The translations under genes were made by a program, and so were the position numbers. DNA of 64,000 bases, taken from positions 24,400 to 88,399 of the IMG/VR virus record IMGVR_UViG_3300001567_000138. One strand, 5' to 3'. Under the pieces are notes generated by a model. That model had not been told where the DNA came from, searched no databases, and was given only the letters and a program-made list of their open reading frames with translations. Shown here in pieces: positions 39,836 through 50,735 of the stretch (its first letter is position 1; every line of letters starts with the position of its first letter). The DNA is from a virus.

Positions 39836-39864
39836 TTGACAAGTGGGCGAAGCGGTGATATATT
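39836..39864 (+). promoter_or_regulatory. Promoter TTGACA-17-TATATT
   Basis: TGn extension; heads the rightward accessory operon. Confidence 0.75.
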
Positions 39865-39909
39865 ATTTATATAGCAAGTTCAAACATATTGAGAGGAGAA
39901 GAAAAAGAA

Positions 39910-40212
39910 ATGACAAGCAAACTTGATGACCTACTGTACAGCGGCGAGCCGATGACGCTCGACCTGACCGGCCTCCCCGCCCACCGTGCCCGCCTGCTGG
40001 TCACGTTCAGCAACGGCTTACCGTCGATCCTGGGTAAGTGGGTGGAAGTGAACGAATTGGAGTTGGAAGCCTTGCGGATCACCCTGGAGATGGTAGCGGG
40101 CGGGAAGGCGGAGTACCTGATGGTCGAGACGGGCAAGGATGCGGTCTACGTTCCGAAGGCGATGTTAGCGGGAGCGGTGACGCGGTTGGAAGTGCGGGGG
40201 ATCAACGAATGA
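39910..40212 (+). CDS. Hypothetical protein
   Basis: GAGGAG RBS. Confidence 0.7.
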   Translation: MTSKLDDLLYSGEPMTLDLTGLPAHRARLLVTFSNGLPSILGKWVEVNELELEALRITLEMVAGGKAEYLMVETGKDAVYVPKAMLAGAVTRLEVRGINE

Positions 40213-40655
40213 GCGACAAACTACTCCCCTGCCCCTTCTGCCAGGGAACTGACCTGCGCATCGAAGAGGATGATATTAGTCCCGTCCTCGACAAGAGGAC
40301 TATTGTCCACCTTGTCGTTTGCGACAACGTCAACTGCAATGTAGAAGGCCCGACCGACCTGGGAAAAAGCGGCGCTATTGAGAAGTGGAACGCTGCCCCG
40401 CGGAACGGTTGGCAACCCATCGAGACGGCCCCGAAGGACGGGACGGCGATCCTGGTTTGGCCCGACGACTACATCGGGGAAGATGGCTGTATCTCGCTAG
40501 TCGAGTGGAAAGACCAGATGGCGTACTATCCTGGTTGTAGATGGCAGAAGGCGTGGTGCATCGTTGGAAGCGGTGACGATCAGAATAGTTCGCTCACAGC
40601 AGACCACCCGACCCACTGGCTCCCGCTCCCCCCGCCGCCGGAGGCTTCCAAATGA
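40209..40655 (+). CDS. Lar-like + DUF551 fusion protein
   Basis: LLPCPFC...AIEKWN then WQPIETAPKDG...PTHWLPLPPPP. Confidence 0.8.
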   Translation: MSDKLLPCPFCQGTDLRIEEDDISPVLDKRTIVHLVVCDNVNCNVEGPTDLGKSGAIEKWNAAPRNGWQPIETAPKDGTAILVWPDDYIGEDGCISLVEWKDQMAYYPGCRWQKAWCIVGSGDDQNSSLTADHPTHWLPLPPPPEASK

Positions 40656-43600
40656 CCCTCTCCCCCGTCAACATCGTCACCGTCACCTGCGACTGCGGCA
40701 AGGTCATCACGGGGGCCAACCGCCTCCGCCGCTGCCCGGCTTGCGCAAAGAAGGCGCAGTTAGCGCAGATGCGGGAAGCGAGCAGGCTGCGGCGCGCTGG
40801 CGGGAAGAAGGATGATGAGGGCGAGAAGTGGCGTATGGTGAAAGTGCCCGACCCCGCCTCCTGGGGGCGAAGGCCGGAGTTCAGCCGGGTTGAGATCGAC
40901 GCTATGCTGGAGCAGGGCGTCCTGGAAGATGGAACCCTGTTTGCGAAGGGCGATAACCTGTGGGTCGTCAGGGGGAACAGGCTGCGGGTTTATATCCCGG
41001 CGAGAGGAGAACGGTTATGACAACACCAGTTTTCCCGACGGACGAAGAGATGGCACAGATTGGTTATTGTCCAAGTTGGCAATGGAACTGGCCCCCGCTT
41101 GACAACCGGCGTGTTATCAGGGCCGCGGTAGTTGCTGCAATCAATCGCCAGAAAGCGATTGGCGAACTCAAGCGGCGCGGTCTATTTGTTGGCTTCAAGG
41201 GCGACAAGGTGGTGATTGACGAAGTGAAGTTGTTGGAAGAGAAGGGTCTGATATAATGTCTAAAGTAAACTGGAAGTCGGTCAACAAGCGGATCAAGCAA
41301 CTGTCGGATGATGAACGCGCGAAAGAATTTGCGGAGTTCCGCAAAGGCATGATTCTGCTAAAAGGCGTATCTGAAAAAGACTTTCACGACGCTGGCGTAG
41401 ACCGCCTCGTAGACAGGTGCGCAACAACTTATTCGCGAATGCACGTTCTGGTACACAAAGACGATGGCGACTACCTTGAGGCTCCCGCCCACTGGCGCTG
41501 CGGCTACTGCCATAGCTTCAACCACCAACCGGAAACAAAGTGCCAGTCCTGCGGGGCCGACCGATCAATGGAGAAGAGATGAGCGTCAAGTTCACCTGCC
41601 CTGCTTGTGGTCAATCGTGGGAAGTCACCGTTTACGATATGTCAAAACGCGGCATGAGTTACGAGGAATATATCAAGAAACCAAAACCCGTAACCGTTTT
41701 CGAGTGCATTTGCGGGCAAGTTGTTGATACGAAGAAATCAGAGAAAGGAGGCGAATAATGACCGGAACCGACATCTGCCCCATTTGCGGGCAAGCAATGT
41801 GCTACCACACGCCAACAGCGGGCGGGCAAATGTGCCCGATGGGTGGGCGAGTAACGTATAGGGGCGGGGTGCAATGGAGCGAAACTAACTCTGATCCGTT
41901 CGCTGCCTTGCGCTATGACATCGCACGCGTCACCATCGAGCGTGACGCCGCCATCACCGAGTTGGCGCAGGTGACGAAGGAGCGGGATGAATTGAGGCGC
42001 GACCTGGAGCGCGCCACAAACAGCGCAAACCTGCATTATGCTGGACGCGTTGATGCTGGCGTGGAATTGCGTGACGCTTATGCCGAGTTGGAGCAGGTGA
42101 CGAAGGAGCGGAATGAACTGCGGGAAATTATTGGCGAAACAGAAGGGCTTGACCGTGTTGGGAACAAAGACTCTGTTCACGCACGCATGGCGTTGACATA
42201 CCTTCTGCACTACTTGTTTGTTGTGGTTCGGTGGGGCAGTCCACTTCCGTACTTCCCGTGGATACAAAACTATCTGTTAACGTATTGGCCGAAAGAGCCA
42301 TCGGAGTTTGAGTATAATAAAAAACCGTTGTACTATTTGTATCGAGCATTGGGTAGTGTCCAAGATGAAATTGACGCGACACAAGAAGGGGCGAACAAAT
42401 GACCTGGATCAAGCAAGACTACAAGGAACACGAGTTCAAGACGTGCCGGTTTTTCTACACGACCTTTGCTTTTACATGGCGGCGGTATTGGGGAGTTGCC
42501 GTAGGATACGATTTGTTCCGGCAGCACTTCTCTGTCCGCTTAGGCCCGTTTGCTGTGCTGCTGGATTTCTGGCTCCCGAAACACGAGAGAAAGTTCAGGA
42601 AACCGAATGACCAATAAACCGTGGTTTCTCGCTGGCAACCAGTGGTTTATGGCTGGTGACAATGCTCCCGCTCGCGAACCAAACCGGGAGTGGACGTTTT
42701 CCACAAACGAGGACGCGTGCGCGAGTTGCGCCATCGGTGCGGTCTACTTCTGGGATCGTTGGTTGTCTGACGAAGAAATCCTGCACATATACGAAAACAT
42801 CGGCAACAACTGCACCTGTCCGCTCTGCGAAGAGGGGCGAAGGAAAGGAGTATGCAATGGCTAAGAAAATGGCTTTACTAACGCACCAGTGGGTCGCGGA
42901 CGAGGTTGAAGTGACCGACATCACCATTTACCCCGCATCCCCGCACATGGCAAACCTGATCTGTAACGCCTGCCACAAAGCGGTCGGTAGGCAGGGGTAC
43001 GCCGTCATCCAGAAGGCGGATAAACGCAACGCATACGTCTGCGGCGATTGTGTCATGGTGCAGGACATCAAGGAGTATCATGGGTAAATACGAGAATAAG
43101 GCAACCGCAATCCTGGTCATCCTGCAAGGAGCGACTTTGTTCATTGGCTCAGTAGCGGGGGTTGATTTTGACAAGGTGATTATCGCCTTCCTCTGCCTGA
43201 CCGTCGTTCGCCACGAGATCAAGTTGCATTTGTTGGCAGAACACAATGAGTAAAACGAATGCTCAAGTCAAGCACGCCCGCTTTACCGCCATCGCCATCG
43301 ACTGCATGGGGAAGGTGGCGCAGAAGTACGCCTTCTCCGCCAACATTGTCGCTTCCGGGGCAGGCTCAGAGAGCATGGTGGCGGAGGCGCAGAAGTACGC
43401 CGAGATCATGGAAGCGATCAAGTATTTCGAGGCCAACAAGAATGCGCCCACGCAAGGGATGTTTATAGAGTAAAGGAGGAATGATGACGGACAAAACGAA
43501 TTGTACAGAGTGCGGACATCCTATCTCGGAACACTGCGACGAGAGCGGCTGTACCCACCGAATCGAAAGCGAGTGCAAAGATTGCACCTGCGAAAGAACG

Positions 43601-44413
43601 ATTTCTAGCTTTGTCAATGTCCTCGCGTGCGAGGTTTCTGCTATTGCCGCGGAGCGAGACGCCGCAAACAAACGTTATGACGAGATAGCTGACTGGTTGC
43701 GGGAAAAGACAGAACAATGCGACAATGTTATCAATGAGCGCGACGCCGCTTTTACAGATAACGAGAGACTACGGGACGAAAACAAGACTTTGCTCGTTCG
43801 GGCCGCATCTGAACGCAAAATGCACAAAGAGGCGGCTGATGCTAGAGACGTTCTCCAGCAGCGCCTTGTCAACATTGCCGACAAAGACCCTGGTTTTACC
43901 GTTGGGACGACCGGCTTGGGCAATCAGTACTATTATGTTGATGCTGGCGGCATGACGAATATTGCGCTAACCAATGCACTTCTGGCTGCACAGGCAAAGA
44001 TTGTCATACTAGAATCGGCTAGTAAGGAGTTGACGAGCTTGCTGGATAGCAAAGAGGGCGAATTGCAAACTGCGCTCGCTGAGTTAGGCAGGATCAAGCA
44101 GGGAACCGTCATCTACGCTATCGCTTCCGATAAGCAGGCGTTCGATGTCGCCAAGTTTCTCGCTAACAGCAATTGCGAGTTTGAACTTCACGCCGTAACG
44201 CCCTGCAAGGAAGTAAAGGAGGAATGAATGAAGAAGGAAACGTCACACGTAATTAGTACGGCAGCGTGCTTCTGCATTGCCACATTTTTAACCGTGATTA
44301 TGCGGGAAACGTTTGAGTATTGGGTTAGCATCGTTCTCGTGGCACTCGTTGCCAATACCTATGTTGGCATAGGTGTACTGAGAGACGAAGTTGCCAAGAA
44401 TAAGGAGGAATAA
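40652..44413 (+). CDS. Array of about twelve small ORFs, many Cys-rich or coiled-coil (e.g. 40652-41020, 41256-41582, 41758-42402, 42399-42617, 43246-43473, 43481-44227, 44228-44413)
   Basis: Overlapping ATGA/TAATG junctions and RBSs. Confidence 0.65.
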
Positions 44414-44589
44414 TGGAAGAATATAAGAGTATCCTAGTGCGCTTACCCAAGCCCCTGCTGGACGAACTGACCCGCCTGGCCGTGCGCCGTAACCGCTCCC
44501 GCAACGGGGAGATCGTCACCCTCTTGCAGGAAGGGGTGGAGGACGCCAAAAGGGTCTACCGCCCTAACGACGAAAGCGAGGCAAAGTGA
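44413..44589 (+). CDS. Arc-family ribbon-helix-helix DNA-binding protein
   Basis: MEEYKSILVRLPKPLLDELTRLAVRRNRSRNGEIVTLL; AGGAGG RBS; absent from the ORF track. Confidence 0.85.
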   Translation: MEEYKSILVRLPKPLLDELTRLAVRRNRSRNGEIVTLLQEGVEDAKRVYRPNDESEAK

Positions 44590-45230
44590 AAGATACCGCC
44601 GTATTTATTCTCGCCGCGGGGCAGGCAAGCCGTTTCTTCAACGTCCCCAAGCAACTGCTAAGGGTACACGGGGGTAAGACCGTCCTGAAGCGTATCGAAG
44701 ATCAAGTGAGCAACTGGACGGGCCGCTGGCCGGTCGTGGTGACGAAGAACAGGGACATCATAGACTCGAAGGACGCCTACCTGATCTACCAACCCCGCAA
44801 CAACGCCACGACCTGCAATACGTTCCTGTCTACGGCTCTCTTGTGGCAGGAGCGCAACATCATCCTCCTGGGCGACGTTTGGTACACGGATGCCACGATG
44901 AGGCGCATCATCGAGTACCACGGGCCTTGTGGGGTGTTCGGGAATACGTGGGAGATATTCGCCTGGTCTTTCGACGTTAGCGTGAAGGAGAAGGTCATAG
45001 CGGCCCTCCTGAAAGGTTCTCTCTACTGCCCGCACCTGGACACGCCCGCGGGTGGCGGAAAGCTGCGCCACGCCTACCGTGCCTACGTGGGCCTGCCGAT
45101 GGATGACAAAGAGAAGGAAGGCGAAGCACCCGACCCCATCGTTTTCCAGTACGTTACCGATGGCACGATGGATTTCGACATTCCCGAAGAATACCAAGAC
45201 TTTGCCAAGCGAGAAGGGAAAAACCTGTGA
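44586..45230 (+). CDS. Nucleotidyltransferase (NTP_transf/GT-A fold)
   Basis: ILAAGQASRF..PKQLL, LLGDV, DFDIPEEY. Confidence 0.85.
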   Translation: MKDTAVFILAAGQASRFFNVPKQLLRVHGGKTVLKRIEDQVSNWTGRWPVVVTKNRDIIDSKDAYLIYQPRNNATTCNTFLSTALLWQERNIILLGDVWYTDATMRRIIEYHGPCGVFGNTWEIFAWSFDVSVKEKVIAALLKGSLYCPHLDTPAGGGKLRHAYRAYVGLPMDDKEKEGEAPDPIVFQYVTDGTMDFDIPEEYQDFAKREGKNL

Positions 45231-45532
45231 ACATGACTTTGAAGGATGCAAAAGAACACGTTGGGAAAGGGTGGCACAAACTATTGGAAGAATACTACGG
45301 TCGCCGCCCAAAAGGGGTTATCACCCTGGACGTGAAAGAAAAGTTCGGCGGCTTGCGTATTGCAGATGGCGGGAGGTGTACGACCGACTGGTTGTCCTAC
45401 GTCTCGTCCCTGGAAGCGCAAAGCCTGCGTACCTGTGAGTTCTGCGGCGACCCCGGTGTTCCGCGTAACTTGAACGGGTGGATCAAGACCACCTGCCAAA
45501 CCTGTTATAATCAAAAGTCGAAAGGAGAATGA
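45227..45532 (+). CDS. Conserved phage hypothetical protein
   Basis: GW..L...VKEKFGGLR...S..TCE.CG.PG...GWIKT.C. Confidence 0.75.
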   Translation: MNMTLKDAKEHVGKGWHKLLEEYYGRRPKGVITLDVKEKFGGLRIADGGRCTTDWLSYVSSLEAQSLRTCEFCGDPGVPRNLNGWIKTTCQTCYNQKSKGE

Positions 45533-45691
45533 ACGTGTACGAGAGACACAATATCCCGCCGCGCCGCTACATCATGCGCGAACCCGTCGAGAATAAGCAC
45601 CTTCCCATCGGGGTTATCCTGCCGGTCGCATCGTTTTGCTCGGTGCTGATCTTGGCCGCCCTTATCTACCTGTCTTACCAGTAGGAGGAAT

Positions 45692-46048
45692 ATGAGCGAC
45701 AGAATTGGAATTGATACTCACGGTCTGGATCAACCACCTGATGACGAGTGGGACGACGACGACGACGTTGACGAAGAAGAAGAACGAGAAGGGGAGATTG
45801 TAGGCGAGATCGAAGAACTCGTGGAAGAATATACCGAGTTAGCCGGTCACTCTCCCCGCATCGCAGGATACACAACGGTACGCTTGCTGCGCCCGACCAC
45901 GGGCTTGCGCACCTGCCCTTACTGCAAGGGGAGTTCGCAAGACACAGAGCAAACCGAAGTCGGTATCCGCGTGCGCTGCTCCTGTGGGTCTTGTGGCCCA
46001 CTTAGGCAGAACTCCATGCTTGCAAGGCTGGCGTGGAACGCGGACTAG
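45692..46048 (+). CDS. Acidic N-terminus + Lar-like domain
   Basis: DDEWDDDDDVDEEEE then LRTCPYC...CSCGSCGP...AWN. Confidence 0.65.
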   Translation: MSDRIGIDTHGLDQPPDDEWDDDDDVDEEEEREGEIVGEIEELVEEYTELAGHSPRIAGYTTVRLLRPTTGLRTCPYCKGSSQDTEQTEVGIRVRCSCGSCGPLRQNSMLARLAWNAD

Positions 46049-46055
46049 CGCACAG

Positions 46056-46090
46056 GCCCGCTGCCGGGAAAGGTGGCGGGCTATGTTTTT
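46056..46090. terminator. Terminator hairpin between convergent arms
   Basis: GCCCGCTGCC-GGGAAA-GGTGGCGGGC followed by a T tract. Confidence 0.65.
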
Positions 46091-46416
46091 CTCGACCTCT
46101 GTAGGGCGGTAATCTCTTTCTGTTGTTTAGAGATTTTATCTTCCATCTCATCAATACGATGGTCGCGGTCTGTTACCGCCGTTTGTAGTTCCGCGATGCG
46201 AGCGTCCTTCTGGAGGAGCAGGGCTTCCATATCCAGAACCTTCTTCCCAAGACGCTCGACTTCCGATTGAAGGGGCTTGACGAGGGCGATGGCGGCTTCT
46301 TGCACCGCCTTAGCCATCTCATTGTCATCCTTTTTCCTCTGGGCGAGAAAAGCGAGAGTACCCGGAATAGCGGCGACGACAGCGATCAGTATGGGGGCAA
46401 GTTGTTCAATTTCCAT
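46081..46416 (-). CDS. TM + coiled-coil protein (lysis-cassette-like)
   Basis: One N-terminal TM; paralog of 46707-47138. Confidence 0.7.
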   Translation of the reverse strand: MEIEQLAPILIAVVAAIPGTLAFLAQRKKDDNEMAKAVQEAAIALVKPLQSEVERLGKKVLDMEALLLQKDARIAELQTAVTDRDHRIDEMEDKISKQQKEITALQRSRKT

Positions 46417-46697
46417 TTTCGACTTTTCTCCAAAGCGAGGTACACTCCTAGTGTGGTGAAGAACAACACCGCGTGCAGGCGTACCCCATTTGACCAGATC
46501 GTTATGGTGCGGTTGTCCAGGCCAGCCAGGACACCGATATAGAACGCGATAACGTGCAAAAGAATACTAAGCGGCGCAAAAGAGTAGCGCCACCGAAATT
46601 TGTTTCTGAACGACCACACCACCCACATAATCACGCCAACCATGCTGATCGCGATGTTGATATAAGCCCACGTATTGTACATTTCGTCCTCCTGCAA
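46386..46697 (-). CDS. Three-TM protein (holin candidate)
   Basis: 103 aa, three hydrophobic segments, basic C-terminus. Confidence 0.55.
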   Translation of the reverse strand: MQEDEMYNTWAYINIAISMVGVIMWVVWSFRNKFRWRYSFAPLSILLHVIAFYIGVLAGLDNRTITIWSNGVRLHAVLFFTTLGVYLALEKSRKWKLNNLPPY

Positions 46698-46706
46698 GAC
46701 ACCACG

Positions 46707-47138
46707 TTACCCAGGCTTCTTGCTTTCTTCGAGCGCATCCAATCGAACACTTACGGCTTTTATGTCTGTTTTCAGTTCAACAATGCGGTGATCGCGGTCG
46801 TCAAGCAATAATTGCAGTTCCGTGATCCTGGTTATCTTCTGGAGAATAATAGCCTTCAAGTCCGTGATCTCGGCAGACTGTGCCAGTATCCGCACTTCAA
46901 GGGCGGCAATCTGCTTGTTGCGTTCTTCTGCCCACGAACTCAGTTCAATGATCTTCCCGGTCGCCTTCTCTAGTTCACTCCGTAGCGGGTTGACTAGGGC
47001 AAGGGCGGCGGCGTTTACCGACGTTGCGAGATCGTTGTTATTCTTCCTGCGCTGTGCGATAAACAATAGCGTTCCAGGAATGGCGGCAACGACAGCAACA
47101 ATAATCGGGATAAGGATACCGAGTAGGGCAGTCTCCAT
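46707..47138 (-). CDS. TM + coiled-coil protein (lysis-cassette-like)
   Basis: AVVAAIPGTL.F.AQR shared with 46081-46416. Confidence 0.7.
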   Translation of the reverse strand: METALLGILIPIIVAVVAAIPGTLLFIAQRRKNNNDLATSVNAAALALVNPLRSELEKATGKIIELSSWAEERNKQIAALEVRILAQSAEITDLKAIILQKITRITELQLLLDDRDHRIVELKTDIKAVSVRLDALEESKKPG

Positions 47139-47158
47139 TTCTTCCTCCTATGAACCTT

Positions 47159-47662
47159 CTACACCCCAAACGCGTTCTTCGTTGCATGATAAACACTTTT
47201 GATTGTCGGTACGGTCAAGGCTCCCGCGCACAGGAAGCAGAGCGAAAGGCGTCCTGTCATGGAGTAGGCCGAGAAAACACCTTCTGCACCTATCGTGAAC
47301 ACGCTTGCGCCAACGTAGATGCTTGCGGGAATGCCGACCGCATTAGTCACGGGAATATCGTACACAAAGATACTCAGGCTCGTGCTTGGGACGTAGCGGA
47401 GAGCGAGATAAGTCCACGTTGCTGCCGCCGGTGTAGCTGTCGATGTTGCGGTAACGCTCGCTGTACCGTCAACCGATACCGCCGCCGTGATCGTGCCAGC
47501 AACGTCGCGCCGGATGACGTAGGAGCGGTTTCCGGCCGCATCGCTCCACTTCCCCATGACGTACTCAAGCGCGCCCGCCGCGTTGCCGAAGCGCACCCAA
47601 CAGCCCATCGTTAAGCCGGGCGCACCAATATAGCTTTCTGTTCCCGTAATGTTAGTAGGCAT
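47159..47662 (-). CDS. LamG/concanavalin-A-like domain protein (N-truncated)
   Basis: LTMGCWV...WTYLALRY...FTIGA...MTGRLS...ALT. Confidence 0.75.
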   Translation of the reverse strand: MPTNITGTESYIGAPGLTMGCWVRFGNAAGALEYVMGKWSDAAGNRSYVIRRDVAGTITAAVSVDGTASVTATSTATPAAATWTYLALRYVPSTSLSIFVYDIPVTNAVGIPASIYVGASVFTIGAEGVFSAYSMTGRLSLCFLCAGALTVPTIKSVYHATKNAFGV

Positions 47663-47673
47663 CTACACTCCGT

Positions 47674-48145
47674 TCACTTGTGGTAGTTCGTGTCATCTTC
47701 GTCTGACTCTTCCTTCTTCGGTGGCTCCAGGATCGCCTTCAGTTCACCAATCGCGGCCTGATGAGCGGCAATCTGGCGGTTTGCTTCCTCAACAATTTTC
47801 GGCAACTGCTCTTCTAGTTCCGCAATTCGTGCCTTGATTTTCTCAGTAAGTTCGTCCATGATGTTTTTCTCCTTTTTTCTCTCGTTATACCATACTCAGC
47901 GCATCGGCCAGAGCGATCTGCGCCAGCCGCGCTTCCTCTGCCGCCTGCATTGCCCATCCCGCCTTCACACTCTCGCGGACGTAGGCGATGACTTTCATTT
48001 TGGCAAACAAACCTTTAGTTTGTGGGTTGGGTGTGCCATCGGGTAACGTTGCCCGGTAGCCGTGGTAGGCAGCGAATCCGTCGATCACCTTGTCTCGCGT
48101 TGTGGCGTCTGGTACTGTGATGGTCAAATTGATAGTGACACTCAT
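47674..48145 (-). CDS. Two small fibre-associated ORFs (47674-47859, 47885-48145)
   Basis: Directly after the tail fibre; RBSs present. Confidence 0.65.
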
Positions 48146-48149
48146 AATG

Positions 48150-50735
48150 TTAGACTCCTATCATGATTACGTTGTTTGGCAGCGAAGCGTGAGAGGCGGT
48201 TTTCCAAAGTTCGTTAGCTGCCGCCCCCGCTGCAACCTGTGTTGCGCCGCTTTTTATGTTTGCGATTGTTAGCGGGTTATTGAATCGGTGAAGTGTGGTT
48301 GCACCATAATCCATGTAGCCATCAGCAAGTGAGTCGATGAACTCGTTACCGTCTGTTTGGGTGAAAACTACTTTGTCGCCAAAGAGAACCAGACCCGCGT
48401 TGGTATGGATAGCGTAGTTTGCAGACCCCCCTCGAGTCTGCGCCTCAATATACAAGCCTATTGCGCTTGTAATAGTTCCGGCCCCTCTTGGAGACTCAAT
48501 ATATAGCCCGTATCCAGCGGCCAGTGTCGCCGTAGCCGAATAGTTTTGTAGATAAAATACACCGCCCTGCGCTTTTGTTAGTGAAATAACAGCGGCACAA
48601 GCTCCATTAATTCCCGCGCCACCCAACGACCCAATTAGCGTTCCGGTTATGTTTGCGGTCGCATTATCCACGCTGGCTAAAAACTGCATACCATAATAGG
48701 ATGCAGCAGTTGGGTTTGCGGTCGAAACTCGTTGTTCAGCATATAGTATTTGTTGATGGGTTTCGGTGGTGGTGTCATCAAATAGATACACGGCATAGGC
48801 CGCATTAGTCGCTGCCGTTCCTGTAAGGTTTTGCGCCAGCCTGCCTCCGGCCCCAACAACAAGTTTAGGCGTCGCCGCGCTATTCCTCCACTCCGTCAGG
48901 TTAGCAGTCTGCCCCGCGGCCCCCTGCACGATCTGCTGGATCACATCCACTGTTCCTGCGATGTGGAGTTTAGCAAGCGGTGCGGCAATGCCAATCCCCA
49001 CCCTGTTATTGCCCGCATCGGTATAAATCAGGTTTTCGTCGGTATCGCCCTCGATGCGGCAATCCACGTCTGCGCCCGCATCGTTGACAATCAGTTGTCC
49101 ATCTAGGTACGAAACCCCGCTCACGTGCAGCGGGTACAATGGCGCAATGCCCGCGCCGATGCGGGGGAACTGTGCGTAGAAGTTCGCGTCCACGCTTGCC
49201 GAAACTGCCCCGCCCGACGTGCGCCACTCGGTATGGTTCCCCGCCTGCGCCGCTGCCCCGGTCACTTGCAGCACCGGAGCCGCCGCCGTTGTGCCGATCA
49301 CGTTCACTGAGGCGTCACCTGCGCCACCTGCGTTGAACGGCATCGCAACACCCTGGCGATTTCCAGACAGTTCAAGCCCCCAATATGAGTATACTGCCTG
49401 ACGCGTCCCCCATCCATTCTGGAGGCCCGCATTCGCGTCTCCCCAACGGATTGCCTCGCCCGCGCTCATGTTTACGTGACCATACAGGCGCGGGTCGGCA
49501 GTCGTTGATCCATCGCAACTCAAGATAATGTTTCCGCCCAGGTTTATTCCGCCGCTCGCATTGGTCTTTAGCAGACTTACCGCCGCGCCAGGATCATCAC
49601 TAGCCGTGATAGCGTGGGTGTGGTTTCCGGTTGCCGAGTTTGTCGAGTTGTGCGCAAGCGTACCGGGGGTAGTCAGGTTGACCTTGATAATAGTTCCTGC
49701 GCCGCTGTCTACTACCGTAGTCCCATCGCCGCTCGTAAGAACGCGCCCGCTCAGAATGGATGGATCGGCAACGGCAAGGACAAACGGGCCTGACGACGGA
49801 GATGCGGTTTTAATCATCGCCGCATACAGCGCCGCGACTTCGGCAGAACTCAAGACACAATGGCCTATCCAGACTCGCTTTATGTTACCTGTGAAGTACC
49901 ATCCCTTGCCTGGGTTCAGTCCGATCTTGATGTCGTAGCCGGTGGCAGTGTCGTCAATTCCGAGGCTTGGAATTGTCCCTTCCCACCCGCCGTTGTGGTA
50001 ACACTCAAACCCTGCAATGCCAGCCCAAAGAGCGGGCGACTTGGGACTGGTTGGCCCATTAGACATATCGCCCATCCCGTACCATCGCCCACCCAGGCCA
50101 GCCGCAGAGTTTGACCACACATCAAAGTGACGCCCGGCGTCGTAGTCGCCCGCACTCAATAAGGGGTGTTCGTTTGGCCCGACGCCGCCATTATCGTACA
50201 GCACAAACATGCTCCACGTACCGTCAAATAAGGGGGGGATAATTCCGGTACTGAGAGACTGGGACAAGGCGGTAACAAACGACCAGCCAGTTCCAGCCGC
50301 CCACGTTGGCGGGGCCACACCGTCGGTGGCGTCGTAAGTACCAGGGTCGATCATGTTTATCTTGCTGCCCTCGAAAGATGTTGCCATCAGTGGGTCGTAG
50401 GCAGCAATACCGCAAGAGACTGCGTTCCACCAGTCGTCCAGGTCGCCCGCATAACGAAGGCTAGACTTGCCGTCCAGTTCGACGTAGTGATTCAAGGGGG
50501 TTCCCGCCGAAAAAACGGGCGTACCAACTGTGGATAGGTGCGTTTCCTGCCCGCTGGCGTCAACGGCTCTCGAAACACTGTTGTCGTTCACGCTCGCCAT
50601 CGGCCACGCCCCACGCAGGCCGGGAAGGGCAAGAAGCGTGCTTACGGCGTGGCTCCAGGCGAAGTTGGGTTCGTCTCTCTGAACAAAGTGGGTGCGGTTT
50701 CCGTCTACAGCACCGGCGTTATTGGATGATGTCAC
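48150..50735 (-). CDS. Tail fibre / receptor-binding protein
   Basis: 861 aa, Gly/Ala/Thr-rich; HTH motif; RVGIG...P.AKLHI repeats. Confidence 0.82.
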   Translation of the reverse strand: MTSSNNAGAVDGNRTHFVQRDEPNFAWSHAVSTLLALPGLRGAWPMASVNDNSVSRAVDASGQETHLSTVGTPVFSAGTPLNHYVELDGKSSLRYAGDLDDWWNAVSCGIAAYDPLMATSFEGSKINMIDPGTYDATDGVAPPTWAAGTGWSFVTALSQSLSTGIIPPLFDGTWSMFVLYDNGGVGPNEHPLLSAGDYDAGRHFDVWSNSAAGLGGRWYGMGDMSNGPTSPKSPALWAGIAGFECYHNGGWEGTIPSLGIDDTATGYDIKIGLNPGKGWYFTGNIKRVWIGHCVLSSAEVAALYAAMIKTASPSSGPFVLAVADPSILSGRVLTSGDGTTVVDSGAGTIIKVNLTTPGTLAHNSTNSATGNHTHAITASDDPGAAVSLLKTNASGGINLGGNIILSCDGSTTADPRLYGHVNMSAGEAIRWGDANAGLQNGWGTRQAVYSYWGLELSGNRQGVAMPFNAGGAGDASVNVIGTTAAAPVLQVTGAAAQAGNHTEWRTSGGAVSASVDANFYAQFPRIGAGIAPLYPLHVSGVSYLDGQLIVNDAGADVDCRIEGDTDENLIYTDAGNNRVGIGIAAPLAKLHIAGTVDVIQQIVQGAAGQTANLTEWRNSAATPKLVVGAGGRLAQNLTGTAATNAAYAVYLFDDTTTETHQQILYAEQRVSTANPTAASYYGMQFLASVDNATANITGTLIGSLGGAGINGACAAVISLTKAQGGVFYLQNYSATATLAAGYGLYIESPRGAGTITSAIGLYIEAQTRGGSANYAIHTNAGLVLFGDKVVFTQTDGNEFIDSLADGYMDYGATTLHRFNNPLTIANIKSGATQVAAGAAANELWKTASHASLPNNVIMIGV

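Noticed and set aside
47159-50735. Diversity-generating retroelement targeting the tail fibre
   Set aside because: No reverse transcriptase, and no TR/VR pair differing at adenines was seen
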